Below are positions 28,921 to 38,218 of a DNA stretch of 64,000 nt, piece after piece. Origin of the DNA: Candidatus Omnitrophota bacterium (GTDB taxonomy: Bacteria > Omnitrophota > Gorgyraeia > Gygaellales > Profunditerraquicolaceae); contig JBAZKL010000002.1 in NCBI GenBank assembly GCA_041650835.1, forward strand, positions 410,435 through 474,434, in the 5' to 3' direction. The notes under the pieces were generated by a model that saw nothing but the letters and a program-made list of their open reading frames with translations, was not told where the DNA came from and ran no database searches. Position numbers and translations under genes: made by a program. Every line of letters starts with the position of its first letter. The first letter of the stretch is position 1.

Positions 28921-30417
28921 TTACGGCTGTGACAAGACCGCCTTATGAACAAATCTTTGACGTATTAAAACAAGAAATAATTTCAATTTCGTTTTTTCTT
29001 CTTCTTTATAAAAAGAGAGTAAATGCAACAACACCGGAAAGCTCAACAGCATGAGCGCTTTGAACACGATAGCGATATACCATTTCAAATGCAACAGTGC
29101 TTCCGAAACGAATGTCGTTACCGCTAAGACTATCCCGACCGCAAATATCTTGAATAACCGGGAGAATTCATGCTGCAACGGGTATATCTTATTTGAAATA
29201 GCGTACGTTAAGATACAGGTAAACACACTCGTCAGCAACATCGCTATTGCCGCACCGTATGAACTCAAAGCAGGGATCAAAATCCGGTTGCACACAACGA
29301 CGACAATCGCCGAAAAAAAAGATATCATGAATATATATTTCGTTTTTTTCTGTATAAGAATGCCTGTCTCGAATATATAGCTCATACCGCCGATCGTTAC
29401 GGCGAATAATATAAAAGGCACCGGCTTGTAGGCATTCCAAAATTCGCTTCCGACGAACACATGCAATGCTTCTTTCGAAAAGAAGGATATCCCCAGGCAC
29501 AGAAAAGTCATTACGTAAGCGAAATAAATTAGCGTGCGCGCATATATCCGTTTGGCGTCATGATTCTTCATGATCGCAAAACGAGACTGGCCGAAATTCC
29601 TATTAAACGGTTCGATCACCAGATCCTTTATGAGCAAACCGAATTTTAAAGCGAGTGCGTAAATGCCGACGACAGTAAGATCACGGTAATTATTCAGCAT
29701 AATTCTATCCGCATTGTTAATGATGACGCCGGTTACGGTAGCCAAGAGGAAGGGAGAACAATAATGAGCCAGTAATTTGACCTTATGGAAATCAAAGTTA
29801 AAACCGCAAAACCTGATAGTAATGAATATCAGGATAATCCAGGTTATTATAATACTGACCAGGCTTGCCCACAAAATACCTTCAATACCCATATGTAAAG
29901 ACAGCACAAACCAAAGATTTAAGACCACCTGGATAATCAGTTGAACGATAGCGATGATAATGTACAAAAGAGACCTTTCTTTGACCCTCAAATACGACAG
30001 GCCGATCTCGCGCGAAAGCTCAAAGAAAACGATGAAGAACACGATATAGAACACATTTTGGTACTGAGTAGTCTTAAAGATCAACCGCGAGAGTTGCGGA
30101 GTGAAGTTCCACACGCTTAAAATAACCAGAGACGAGATGGCAGCGGATATCAATAAAGAAGTGCTAATCACCCGCTTTTTCTCTATTTCTTCGGTAAATT
30201 CGAAGTAAAACCGTATCGTCGCATGTCCTATCATAATCCCCAGGAATGTCCGCATCACGCTCGCTACTACATAAAACATTTCGAGAGAGCCATAATCAGC
30301 CGGTACAAGAGTCCTGGTATAGAGCGGGATCAATAAAAACGCAGCCGCTCGGTAAATCATGTTTCCGACGCTATACGTCATTGAATGTTTAACGAAATTC
30401 TTAAAATAATCGAACAT
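28921..30417 (-). CDS. polysaccharide flippase (Wzx/MOP superfamily)
   Basis: The protein is 498 aa and highly hydrophobic, with about 12 to 14 TM segments. Its context within glycosyltransferase genes fits a flippase role. Confidence 0.7.
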   Translation of the reverse strand: MFDYFKNFVKHSMTYSVGNMIYRAAAFLLIPLYTRTLVPADYGSLEMFYVVASVMRTFLGIMIGHATIRFYFEFTEEIEKKRVISTSLLISAAISSLVILSVWNFTPQLSRLIFKTTQYQNVFYIVFFIVFFELSREIGLSYLRVKERSLLYIIIAIVQLIIQVVLNLWFVLSLHMGIEGILWASLVSIIITWIILIFITIRFCGFNFDFHKVKLLAHYCSPFLLATVTGVIINNADRIMLNNYRDLTVVGIYALALKFGLLIKDLVIEPFNRNFGQSRFAIMKNHDAKRIYARTLIYFAYVMTFLCLGISFFSKEALHVFVGSEFWNAYKPVPFILFAVTIGGMSYIFETGILIQKKTKYIFMISFFSAIVVVVCNRILIPALSSYGAAIAMLLTSVFTCILTYAISNKIYPLQHEFSRLFKIFAVGIVLAVTTFVSEALLHLKWYIAIVFKALMLLSFPVLLHLLSFYKEEEKTKLKLFLVLIRQRFVHKAVLSQP

Positions 30418-30430
30418 TAATGCTCACCTT

Positions 30431-31633
30431 TCAACATAAATCGCCAGACAAAAAAGCCGGAAAACGGTCTTTAAAATGCTTTATATTCGAATCCCATTGG
30501 AACCTTTCCAATATCCTTTTGCGGCCGTTTTCGCCGAGCCTCGCCCGCAATTCGTCGTCTTTCAAAAGAAGACTGACTTTTGCGGCGATATCACGCGGAT
30601 CATACGGATCAACCAGCATCCCGGAAATACCATCTTCGACAGCATCCAGCGCCCCATTACACCTGCCCGCGACAACCGGCTTCCCGCATGATCCTGCCTC
30701 GATAAATACAATCCCGAAACCCTCCGCGTCGCCGTCTTCCAATTCCCTATTCGGCATTATGAAAATGTCGCACAAGTTATAATATAACGTTAGTTCATTC
30801 GCGCGGACATAGCCAAAACTCCTGACATATGCCTGCATTTTTGTTTCCTGAATAATTGTCTCGACCTCGCTTTTATACGGTCCATCGCCGATCAAAAGAT
30901 ATACCACATCCTTGTCAGCGGCGACGATCTCCGGCAAAGACCTAACAACCATATCCTGGCCTTTTCTTTTCTCAAGCCGGCTTATGGTCATAATGATCTT
31001 CTTGCCTTCAAGGCCAAGCTTTTTCCTCAACTCCTCAACCCCATCACCGGAAGGTTTGAATTTATCGGAATCGACCCCGGGATGAAGAATAGAGATCCTC
31101 TCTCGGGGATAAGAGAATTTTCTCATCAATCTGTCTTGCGCGAAAGCGGAATTCGTAATCACAAAGCAACAGTGATGCATCAAGATCCTTTTCAGGGGAT
31201 CGCTCTTAAGCCTGATTGAAGGAGAATCGACATCTCCGTGGTATACATTCCCATAGCGTTTCCCAAACAGCATTTTCATCAAAAAACAAAGAAACAACAG
31301 CGCCAAATTCGTATGGCCTTCAATAATAATATCTATTTTTTCTTTAAAAACGATTTTGGTGATAAAAATGAAAAGCCGTATTTTCCTGAAAATGAATCTA
31401 AGATTGAAAACAACCTCGTAATCATTCATGAGATCGGTCCTGTATACAGGGAACCCTAAACCTGCGTCAGGTTCACGGGAATCGGGGACCATGCTTGTTA
31501 AAACAACCATCGACCCTTTATCCCATCGGGTCGTCAAATAATGATAGTAAGTAGGCACTCCACCGATGACCGGCGGGTACTGTATCGTCAATAAAAGTAT
31601 TTTCGATTCTTTTCTCGGCCTCATAAGATTCAT
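30431..31633 (-). CDS. glycosyltransferase family 4
   Basis: The C-terminal half has motifs FIMPNRELEDGDAEGFGIVFIEAGSCGKPVVAGRCNG. Confidence 0.75.
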   Translation of the reverse strand: MNLMRPRKESKILLLTIQYPPVIGGVPTYYHYLTTRWDKGSMVVLTSMVPDSREPDAGLGFPVYRTDLMNDYEVVFNLRFIFRKIRLFIFITKIVFKEKIDIIIEGHTNLALLFLCFLMKMLFGKRYGNVYHGDVDSPSIRLKSDPLKRILMHHCCFVITNSAFAQDRLMRKFSYPRERISILHPGVDSDKFKPSGDGVEELRKKLGLEGKKIIMTISRLEKRKGQDMVVRSLPEIVAADKDVVYLLIGDGPYKSEVETIIQETKMQAYVRSFGYVRANELTLYYNLCDIFIMPNRELEDGDAEGFGIVFIEAGSCGKPVVAGRCNGALDAVEDGISGMLVDPYDPRDIAAKVSLLLKDDELRARLGENGRKRILERFQWDSNIKHFKDRFPAFLSGDLC

Positions 31634-33579
31634 TCTTGTTCTAAAACGTATTTCTTCATCAAAGAGGCGATGGAAGTATAATTAACCTCCCACCACTCTG
31701 AAGACAGACGAGAATCCGGCCCTTCTCGATACACAATATGATGCAACCAAAACATCACCAAGAGAGGCATGAACAATCCATCAGGAACATCTAAAGCAAC
31801 CTGGTATTTTTTTAAAAGTCCCGACTCGAACTCATTGAGATTTAAAGGAAGAAATTTATTCGCAAAGACCTCGCTGATATTGCGTTGGAGGAACAAAACA
31901 TCATTATATCCGAACAAATAGAGAATATCGAGAAGCGGCAAACCTTCTTTCCGGGAAAGGTCCCAATCAATGATCCCCTTGATCCGGAATGTACCGGGGG
32001 AAACGATAAAATTATCTATCTTATAATCCCCGTGCATCCAAACCAAATTAAGCCTTCTGTTCAACAGCCGCTTCTTTACATAAACCTCAAAGTCTTCCAA
32101 TGTATCGACTATTCCTCTTTTACGAAGCATAGCCCTACAATCACTAAAATAACCTGAGAAATAAGCGTCAAAAACCTCGACATCGATAAAAATCGACCGC
32201 GAGGTAGCCATATGAAAGTCGATGAGCGTTTCAACGGCCTGAAGCATGCATTCATTTATATGGGACGACTGATTAGTAAGCGTGATACCCAAGAGCTCGG
32301 TTTCAACGAAATACTTCTTTCCCTGATGTTCGCCTTCCGCTAATGCCGCCGGAACTTCCTTTTTGAGAATATCGTTGACCTGCCGCAAATTTCTCAATAT
32401 CTCAAAATTATCCATACAACGCTTAAGCCCCTCTTCGTTCAGAGGGATACGAATTATAGCCCCCCGTTTCTCGTTATCAAAATCAACCATAAGCAGTATA
32501 GTATGGGCGCTGCATATAAGGAATTTCTTTATGGAAATACGACATTCCGGAGCAAATCTTCTTCTATAATCATCAATAATCTCTTCAATGAATGACACAT
32601 ATCCCGTGTCAAAAGAGATTAAAACACCCAGGGCCGGAGCGAAATACTTAAAAAATCTCGAGCTTACTACAAAATATTTGATCAACTCCCGAAGACCTGG
32701 CTGGCGTTTATACTCATAGGGTTTTACCGAAACATCAACGATCTCTTCAGCAAACACCGATTCCGGCATTAACAAATAAGTCTTGTGAATCTTCAATGAT
32801 TCACTGCGAATCAATCGTTCTATATCAACCAGAGAAAAAGGCCTTTTTTCATTCAAATTCCGATTAACAATGAACCTCCCCATTCGATTTTTGAAGCTCA
32901 CGAATATAAATCCTGTCGGCGAGACCACGCGTGCGCATTCCTTCATAAGCGACTCAATAAACGTCATTTCAACTTTTCGCATTACGGGCCACTTTGTATC
33001 CCAGAGATTCTCAATGTTATGTAAAACGATCCCGTCAAAGAATGATTCGCGGAAAGGTAAGTGCTTTGCTGGACTTACCCGGGCAAAGCTTATGTTCTTT
33101 ACCCCTTTCAATGCTGCCCTCTCCTTGATGCATCGCACCATGTCCATCTCAGGATGCAAACAATAAACCCGTTCATAATCCTGCGCCAAAGACAATGTCG
33201 TCGTTCCGAACAAAGTATCGATCGTAAGCAGCCTTTTCCTGTTTTTTATGCTTAAGAGAAACTTAAAAGCAGCGCGTTCTTCCTGAAGCAGTTTAATCAT
33301 ATTAATGCTCACCTTTGGCGGTACTTTATCAAGAAACTCATGCAGCCCCACTTTCCATCCTAAACGCAGTACCGCTTCGGGCAGAGAAACCGCTGTCGAG
33401 GATGAATGAGTTTCCTCGCGCGAAACAGTCATCTTTCCCTCCGAGACAAGATCTATCACTCCGTCAGTAAAAACAAAAACACTACCGCATTTTTCACACG
33501 TAAAAACCTGCGTGTCGTCTACAAGTTCTCCGAAACAATTCGGGCACAGGAATTCCGATTTATCGGGATACTGTCTCAT
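31630..33579 (-). CDS. multidomain protein: N-terminal zinc ribbon, methyltransferase-like Rossmann region, C-terminal aminoglycoside/choline-kinase-like phosphotransferase (APH fold) domain
   Basis: The N-terminal zinc ribbon reads CPNCFGEL...CEKCG. A degenerate motif I (LLTIDTLFGTTTL) and an FDGIVLH segment suggest a methyltransferase-like region. The C-terminal kinase motifs are WMHGDYKIDNFIV and IIDWDLS. The protein is 649 aa. Its gene overlaps the upstream gene by 4 nt. Confidence 0.6.
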   Translation of the reverse strand: MRQYPDKSEFLCPNCFGELVDDTQVFTCEKCGSVFVFTDGVIDLVSEGKMTVSREETHSSSTAVSLPEAVLRLGWKVGLHEFLDKVPPKVSINMIKLLQEERAAFKFLLSIKNRKRLLTIDTLFGTTTLSLAQDYERVYCLHPEMDMVRCIKERAALKGVKNISFARVSPAKHLPFRESFFDGIVLHNIENLWDTKWPVMRKVEMTFIESLMKECARVVSPTGFIFVSFKNRMGRFIVNRNLNEKRPFSLVDIERLIRSESLKIHKTYLLMPESVFAEEIVDVSVKPYEYKRQPGLRELIKYFVVSSRFFKYFAPALGVLISFDTGYVSFIEEIIDDYRRRFAPECRISIKKFLICSAHTILLMVDFDNEKRGAIIRIPLNEEGLKRCMDNFEILRNLRQVNDILKKEVPAALAEGEHQGKKYFVETELLGITLTNQSSHINECMLQAVETLIDFHMATSRSIFIDVEVFDAYFSGYFSDCRAMLRKRGIVDTLEDFEVYVKKRLLNRRLNLVWMHGDYKIDNFIVSPGTFRIKGIIDWDLSRKEGLPLLDILYLFGYNDVLFLQRNISEVFANKFLPLNLNEFESGLLKKYQVALDVPDGLFMPLLVMFWLHHIVYREGPDSRLSSEWWEVNYTSIASLMKKYVLEQE

Positions 33580-34718
33580 ATCTGGTTAAGCCGAAAGATG
33601 ATATTATTGTTCTTCATCTCACCTATCGAGACTTCTGGTTGCCCGGCCTCAAGCGCCTTGATCACATTAACCGTTTCACGCGCACTAGTATAATACAACC
33701 GGTATTTCTTTCCGTCATTGTAATAACGTCCCAAATGTTCATACAGAAAAGGGAGTCCTTCATTCAATAAATATTCGCTATTATTCTCCTGACATCCATG
33801 AGTATACAATTTAATAAAGATATATTCAGGGGCATCCTTGACATGAACGTGCGCCTGAAGCCAGAGTTGTATCCGTGCAGCGGTAATCCGTTGATCGAAA
33901 CTGATACATCCATTCTCAATGCGAGGAAATATCCCGGATTTACGTTCTTTCCAATTTAAAAGGAGCGGCCCCTGTACCATCAATAAACCGTCTTTACCGA
34001 CACCATTTTTCCGGACATCAGTTCCGGAATTATGCGATTTCGGCTGATCGGACGCATTGACAGCGTAATAAATACTGTTAATCTTGGCGGTTTGAGTACA
34101 GTCCGGTGCCGAAGGCATGGTGAAATCAGCGTAACAACCGGTTTTCTGCAATATTTCCGTTTCATTATTAACACCACAAAACTTACCTTCCGGATGCGAG
34201 TTATTCAGGGCCCAGTTACCGTGAATAAAACCATAGACGACCTCTTTGGTCATTCGATCCTGGGACAACAAGCCGTGTTTCTCGGCCAAAATCTTTTTAA
34301 AATCGAGAAGCGTCTTTGACAGATTATCCGCAGTATCGTCCTTATGGTGCAAATGTATCTCTACCTCTGCAACGCCCTGGGAACAAATATCTGTTATCAG
34401 CTGTAGATACTCGAAAGAATACTCTTCTGCGGGATAAAAAAAGGTGTATTTCGGATGGTTACCGAGGAAATCGGAATAACTACTGGCTACTACAGGATAT
34501 TTGTCATGCCAGTTTTTCACCCTTGCAAGCCCTGTTACGGCATCGGCACTATTCCACAAAGGCTCGAAATGATCGCATATGCTCAAAAACACATGAGTAG
34601 GCCTCCCCCCGTGTTTCTTGCGGCCCAGGCTGAAAATAAATCCGGCCGCATATGAAGGAAGCCAATAATGAGTATTTCTGGTAGCCGAAGCTAATTTTTT
34701 ACTAGTCTTTTTCATCAT
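33576..34718 (-). CDS. hypothetical protein (380 aa)
   Basis: The ORF is long and contiguous with its neighbours, with 4-nt overlaps on both sides. I recognise no family. The His/Asp/Cys-rich segments VFLSICDHFEP, HLHHKDD and IHGNWALNNSHPEG could form a metal-dependent hydrolase-like site. Confidence 0.5.
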   Translation of the reverse strand: MMKKTSKKLASATRNTHYWLPSYAAGFIFSLGRKKHGGRPTHVFLSICDHFEPLWNSADAVTGLARVKNWHDKYPVVASSYSDFLGNHPKYTFFYPAEEYSFEYLQLITDICSQGVAEVEIHLHHKDDTADNLSKTLLDFKKILAEKHGLLSQDRMTKEVVYGFIHGNWALNNSHPEGKFCGVNNETEILQKTGCYADFTMPSAPDCTQTAKINSIYYAVNASDQPKSHNSGTDVRKNGVGKDGLLMVQGPLLLNWKERKSGIFPRIENGCISFDQRITAARIQLWLQAHVHVKDAPEYIFIKLYTHGCQENNSEYLLNEGLPFLYEHLGRYYNDGKKYRLYYTSARETVNVIKALEAGQPEVSIGEMKNNNIIFRLNQI

Positions 34719-34728
34719 TCGGTCTTTC

Positions 34729-35301
34729 TTAAACTTTCACGAAATCATCACTACCCCGGTAATTAACCACTCTTGCAGGGACACCGACGGCAGTTGCATT
34801 CGCCGGGATATCGGAAGTTACCACTGCATTCGCTCCAATCGCGGCTTTATCCCCAACGGTGATATTCCCGATGACTTTCGCGCCGACACCAATAAACACG
34901 TTATTACCGATACGAGGACAACCGGAGCGGTCGCCCCTGCCCCCATAACCGATTATGACACCTATCCCGATATTACAATTCTCACCTATAATCGTATTCG
35001 AATTGAGCACAAGCATACCGGTATGCCCAATATACAGCCCAGGACCGATCTGCGCTTCAAAAGGAATCTGTATTCCTGTCAATAAACCCAACAGGTTGTG
35101 AGAAATTCTGGTCGCGAGTTTCAGCACCTGCCTAACAAGAGGTACTCTACAATGTTCTCTGACCCATACCCCAAACCGATAACTAAGAATAACCCATAAA
35201 GAATAATTAAAAAGCACAAGATCAAAAACTCCACGTATCCCGGGTGTTTCATTATCAGTAAGCATATACCTGCGGATATCTTTTTTCACATTTTCAAGCA
35301 T
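34729..35301 (-). CDS. hexapeptide-repeat (left-handed beta-helix) acyltransferase, serine-acetyltransferase/WcaB-like
   Basis: Hexapeptide repeats are present (IGENCNIGIGVIIG, IGNNVFIGVGAKVIGNITVGDKAAIGANAVV). A hydrophobic N-terminal region precedes them. Confidence 0.75.
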   Translation of the reverse strand: MLENVKKDIRRYMLTDNETPGIRGVFDLVLFNYSLWVILSYRFGVWVREHCRVPLVRQVLKLATRISHNLLGLLTGIQIPFEAQIGPGLYIGHTGMLVLNSNTIIGENCNIGIGVIIGYGGRGDRSGCPRIGNNVFIGVGAKVIGNITVGDKAAIGANAVVTSDIPANATAVGVPARVVNYRGSDDFVKV

Positions 35302-35314
35302 GTTTCATCCTTTT

Positions 35315-36397
35315 CTAAATATCCATCTCGCCTTCGAAAATGAACCAATTATCCTTCTGCAAAAGCTCGTTCTTGTTAGTGATACCGCTCTCCGGCGAGA
35401 TGAAAACCATAGCCATACGGTCTGAGCAACGTTCTATAAAACCGGCATGTTTAAACAAGGCCTTACATTCGCGAGAATCCAAGATACTCGTTGTAATCTT
35501 TTCGGCCTTCTGGCGATTCATCAACTTCACGAAGTTTGCGATAAGTGCTTTTAAAGCGCTTATCCTGTTTTTCGCCAGCATATCCCAGATAACGGCAATA
35601 TTATCCTTGAGCGTAAAAACAATGAACCCTTCCAGAGATCCTGTTTTCCGGTCAAACATGCAAAAGTACCGGGAATCAAAGGCTTTACAACCGGAATAAC
35701 GCCATGAGAGATATTCGTAACTCTGTACGCCGAGGATACAATCGTTTTTCTCTGCGTTTTTCCAAAGCTCATTGAATCTTTTATCGATGGCATCAAGTAC
35801 CATGAATTCTGAATCATGACGCGTAAAAATATACCTGACAAAGTCGGCCAATCTCAACACTCCATTGATATACACTGTGACGATATAAGCCAAAACGCGG
35901 TTCTTAATGAATGCGCGCACCTTATTGCCGGAATTCAATATCCTAATCAAGTTACATTCATTGCCCAGCTTCACGAAACCGATGCGCTTAAAAATTCCCG
36001 CGGATGACTTATTGGGAAAGGCGAAAAGAAAGTCGATCCCTTTCTTCCCATAGCTCGATAAGATTGTCTGCTGCATTCTTAATGCCGGGCCGAAAACACG
36101 ATGCTCCTTGTTAACAGCAAAATCAGCAGCAACCCCCATTATAAGATCCCTCCCTTTTACCGAAACCTGACGGGGATAAACTGAAGCGCAGCCGACAACG
36201 TTATTTTGCTCATCGAGAGCAAGATAGGTTTTCGCGCTTCCGCTGGGATTCTCTTTATAGAGCCAGGTGTACCTGCCTTCAAAATTCTGAGAAAGATTCT
36301 TATCCCACAAAGCAAGGATATCCTTTGAATAACGGGACAAGAATTCGCCGGCATCACTCTGACTTTCTTCAACTACAAAATATTTTTTTTGATTCAT
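35315..36397 (-). CDS. GNAT-fold / FemAB-like acyltransferase-family protein
   Basis: The protein is 360 aa and has two GNAT-like halves. It lies near the acyl-CoA ligase and ACP genes. The fold assignment is tentative. Confidence 0.45.
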   Translation of the reverse strand: MNQKKYFVVEESQSDAGEFLSRYSKDILALWDKNLSQNFEGRYTWLYKENPSGSAKTYLALDEQNNVVGCASVYPRQVSVKGRDLIMGVAADFAVNKEHRVFGPALRMQQTILSSYGKKGIDFLFAFPNKSSAGIFKRIGFVKLGNECNLIRILNSGNKVRAFIKNRVLAYIVTVYINGVLRLADFVRYIFTRHDSEFMVLDAIDKRFNELWKNAEKNDCILGVQSYEYLSWRYSGCKAFDSRYFCMFDRKTGSLEGFIVFTLKDNIAVIWDMLAKNRISALKALIANFVKLMNRQKAEKITTSILDSRECKALFKHAGFIERCSDRMAMVFISPESGITNKNELLQKDNWFIFEGEMDI

Positions 36398-36402
36398 TCG
36401 AT

Positions 36403-37203
36403 TTATTTGTTTTTACAGGCTTGAGAAACAAATTCGAGCAGTTTCTTACCGATAAACTCACGTCCGACGCTGTTAAGATGCCCCCCGTCATCGGTAAATG
36501 AAGGATTCAGTGAATACCGGCCGGGCGACCTCGGATCGATCTCCAGCTTTGCCAAGTCGAATAAACGGTTATCCGCACCGTATCTGCCGGCCAACAGCAG
36601 ATTAAATCTTTTTCTTGCGTTATTATCAGAATCCTCTTCGATAGCAGCCCCGAGCATACGTTTAACCCGTGCCTGGATGCCTGAAGGATTTGTCATCAAT
36701 GGTACCATTACATGCAAAAACACAACTTGAGGGAATTCTTTTTGCAAAGCATCAAGAGTCACCGTGTAAGCGTTAAAGACCTCTTCAATATTCGTCCCAG
36801 AGACAATATCTACGAAACAGAACTTGAAGAAGGCTATATCCACGTTCTTCGCCAGCCCCGTCTCCATCTTTTTTTTGAAATCATCGATCTTTGAACGAGG
36901 ATCCTTATTGCGCCCGACATGGAAATGCGCAAAAACCGGCTTCACGAAATCAGCAGAATCGACCGTCTCCTTGACAGTAATGCCGCTCATCCGCTCGTTC
37001 GCGATGACGTCTTTAATGCCATCGACAATATTATCTCCTACGGACTGGTGACCAAACAGTATCCTCTTATTCTTCACACATTCCCAGTCAATGCTCGCGC
37101 TCCCGCTCTTTTGTGGAATTTTTGTGTTTTCCATGAATCTCCTTTCACAACCATTGCTTAAGATTAAGATAAAACAGACCATCAACAGATGAATCGCACG
37201 CAT
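36403..37203 (-). CDS. secreted/lipoprotein of SGNH-hydrolase-like fold (possible polysaccharide O-acyl esterase/transferase)
   Basis: The signal peptide has a Cys (MRAIHLLMVCFILILSNGC). A DGGH block near the C-terminus (TDDGGHLNSVG) resembles SGNH block V. A GTN block (IVSGTNIEE) resembles block III. The nucleophile block is atypical. Confidence 0.4.
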   Translation of the reverse strand: MRAIHLLMVCFILILSNGCERRFMENTKIPQKSGSASIDWECVKNKRILFGHQSVGDNIVDGIKDVIANERMSGITVKETVDSADFVKPVFAHFHVGRNKDPRSKIDDFKKKMETGLAKNVDIAFFKFCFVDIVSGTNIEEVFNAYTVTLDALQKEFPQVVFLHVMVPLMTNPSGIQARVKRMLGAAIEEDSDNNARKRFNLLLAGRYGADNRLFDLAKLEIDPRSPGRYSLNPSFTDDGGHLNSVGREFIGKKLLEFVSQACKNK

Positions 37204-37206
37204 CGC

Positions 37207-38205
37207 TCACTCCTTAAGGATACCCAACCGTTTTTTTACCGATTCGACCGAATCCGCATTGGCGTTCTCTTTCATTTTTTCCAACCCCTCGTTCCTACCC
37301 ATTTCTCCGCTCCTAACCATCCCCGCTATCTCATAAACATACGGGTGAAAACCAAAGCGCTCTATATGCACTAAATTTGCGTAGGAATTCATTACACAAT
37401 TGGTAGAATTAGAATCAAGGCCTTCCGGGAAAATCCAACCCAATGTCTTGATCTTTTCAATGATTTTCGTCTCATTATATTCCATGAATGCAAGCGGACT
37501 GACATTATACGGGAAATCTTCATTACGAGCAAACTGTTCTTCATTAAGAAAATACCGATTAAGCTCATCACCAGCAACTTGATGCATCGGTTTCCGGTAG
37601 GTTTCCTGCGATGCTTTAAACAAAGCAGGATTTATCTTCATGATGGAAGACCGGATCGGCGACTGTCCCGGTGACCAACCCCAGCCCATCATAGGGATTC
37701 GTTTTTCCAATGCTATCTTTAAGAATGAAAATTTAATAAGGCCGATACAGGAATTACATATTGTACTTGCCCGCTCTAACGCTTTCGAAGAATACATTGA
37801 CTCTTTAATGCCCGCGGCAAAGATCTTCTTGAGAAGGTGAAAATTAATTTTATAAACAATGCTGTCAACACCAAGGTTCTCTGTAACGGTACGGATATTT
37901 TTAAAAGCCTGATCAGAAACAAATCCGTTATCGAATGTCAACGGCAAAACTCGCAATTTAAAAACTTCTTTTAGCAGATAAAGCGTATAGGTACTGTCTT
38001 TTCCGCCGGAATAAGAAACCGTACAATCATAATCGCTTTTACCCTTACATTGAGCGATCAACTCTTTAAACTTAGCCAAATATGTTTCCTTTTCTTCCAT
38101 TAATTCTTCTTTTTTGAAACCACGGCAGAAGTTACAAACACCTTTTTCATCAAAATTGATACCGGGGAAGGTTTCTGGAAGTATACATTTGGTACAAATC
38201 TTCAT
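37207..38205 (-). CDS. N-acetyl sugar amidotransferase (PP-loop ATP pyrophosphatase family, WbuX-like)
   Basis: An N-terminal Cys4 cluster (CTKCILPE...CNFC) is followed by the PP-loop SYSGGKDSTYTLYLL. The ATG at 38205 (MKICTKC) is preceded by AGAGG. The upstream 21 codons of the tabulated ORF (VSLRGARSATKQS) are a translation of the intergenic repeat. Confidence 0.75.
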   Translation of the reverse strand: MKICTKCILPETFPGINFDEKGVCNFCRGFKKEELMEEKETYLAKFKELIAQCKGKSDYDCTVSYSGGKDSTYTLYLLKEVFKLRVLPLTFDNGFVSDQAFKNIRTVTENLGVDSIVYKINFHLLKKIFAAGIKESMYSSKALERASTICNSCIGLIKFSFLKIALEKRIPMMGWGWSPGQSPIRSSIMKINPALFKASQETYRKPMHQVAGDELNRYFLNEEQFARNEDFPYNVSPLAFMEYNETKIIEKIKTLGWIFPEGLDSNSTNCVMNSYANLVHIERFGFHPYVYEIAGMVRSGEMGRNEGLEKMKENANADSVESVKKRLGILKE

Positions 38206-38218
38206 AATTGACCTCTTT

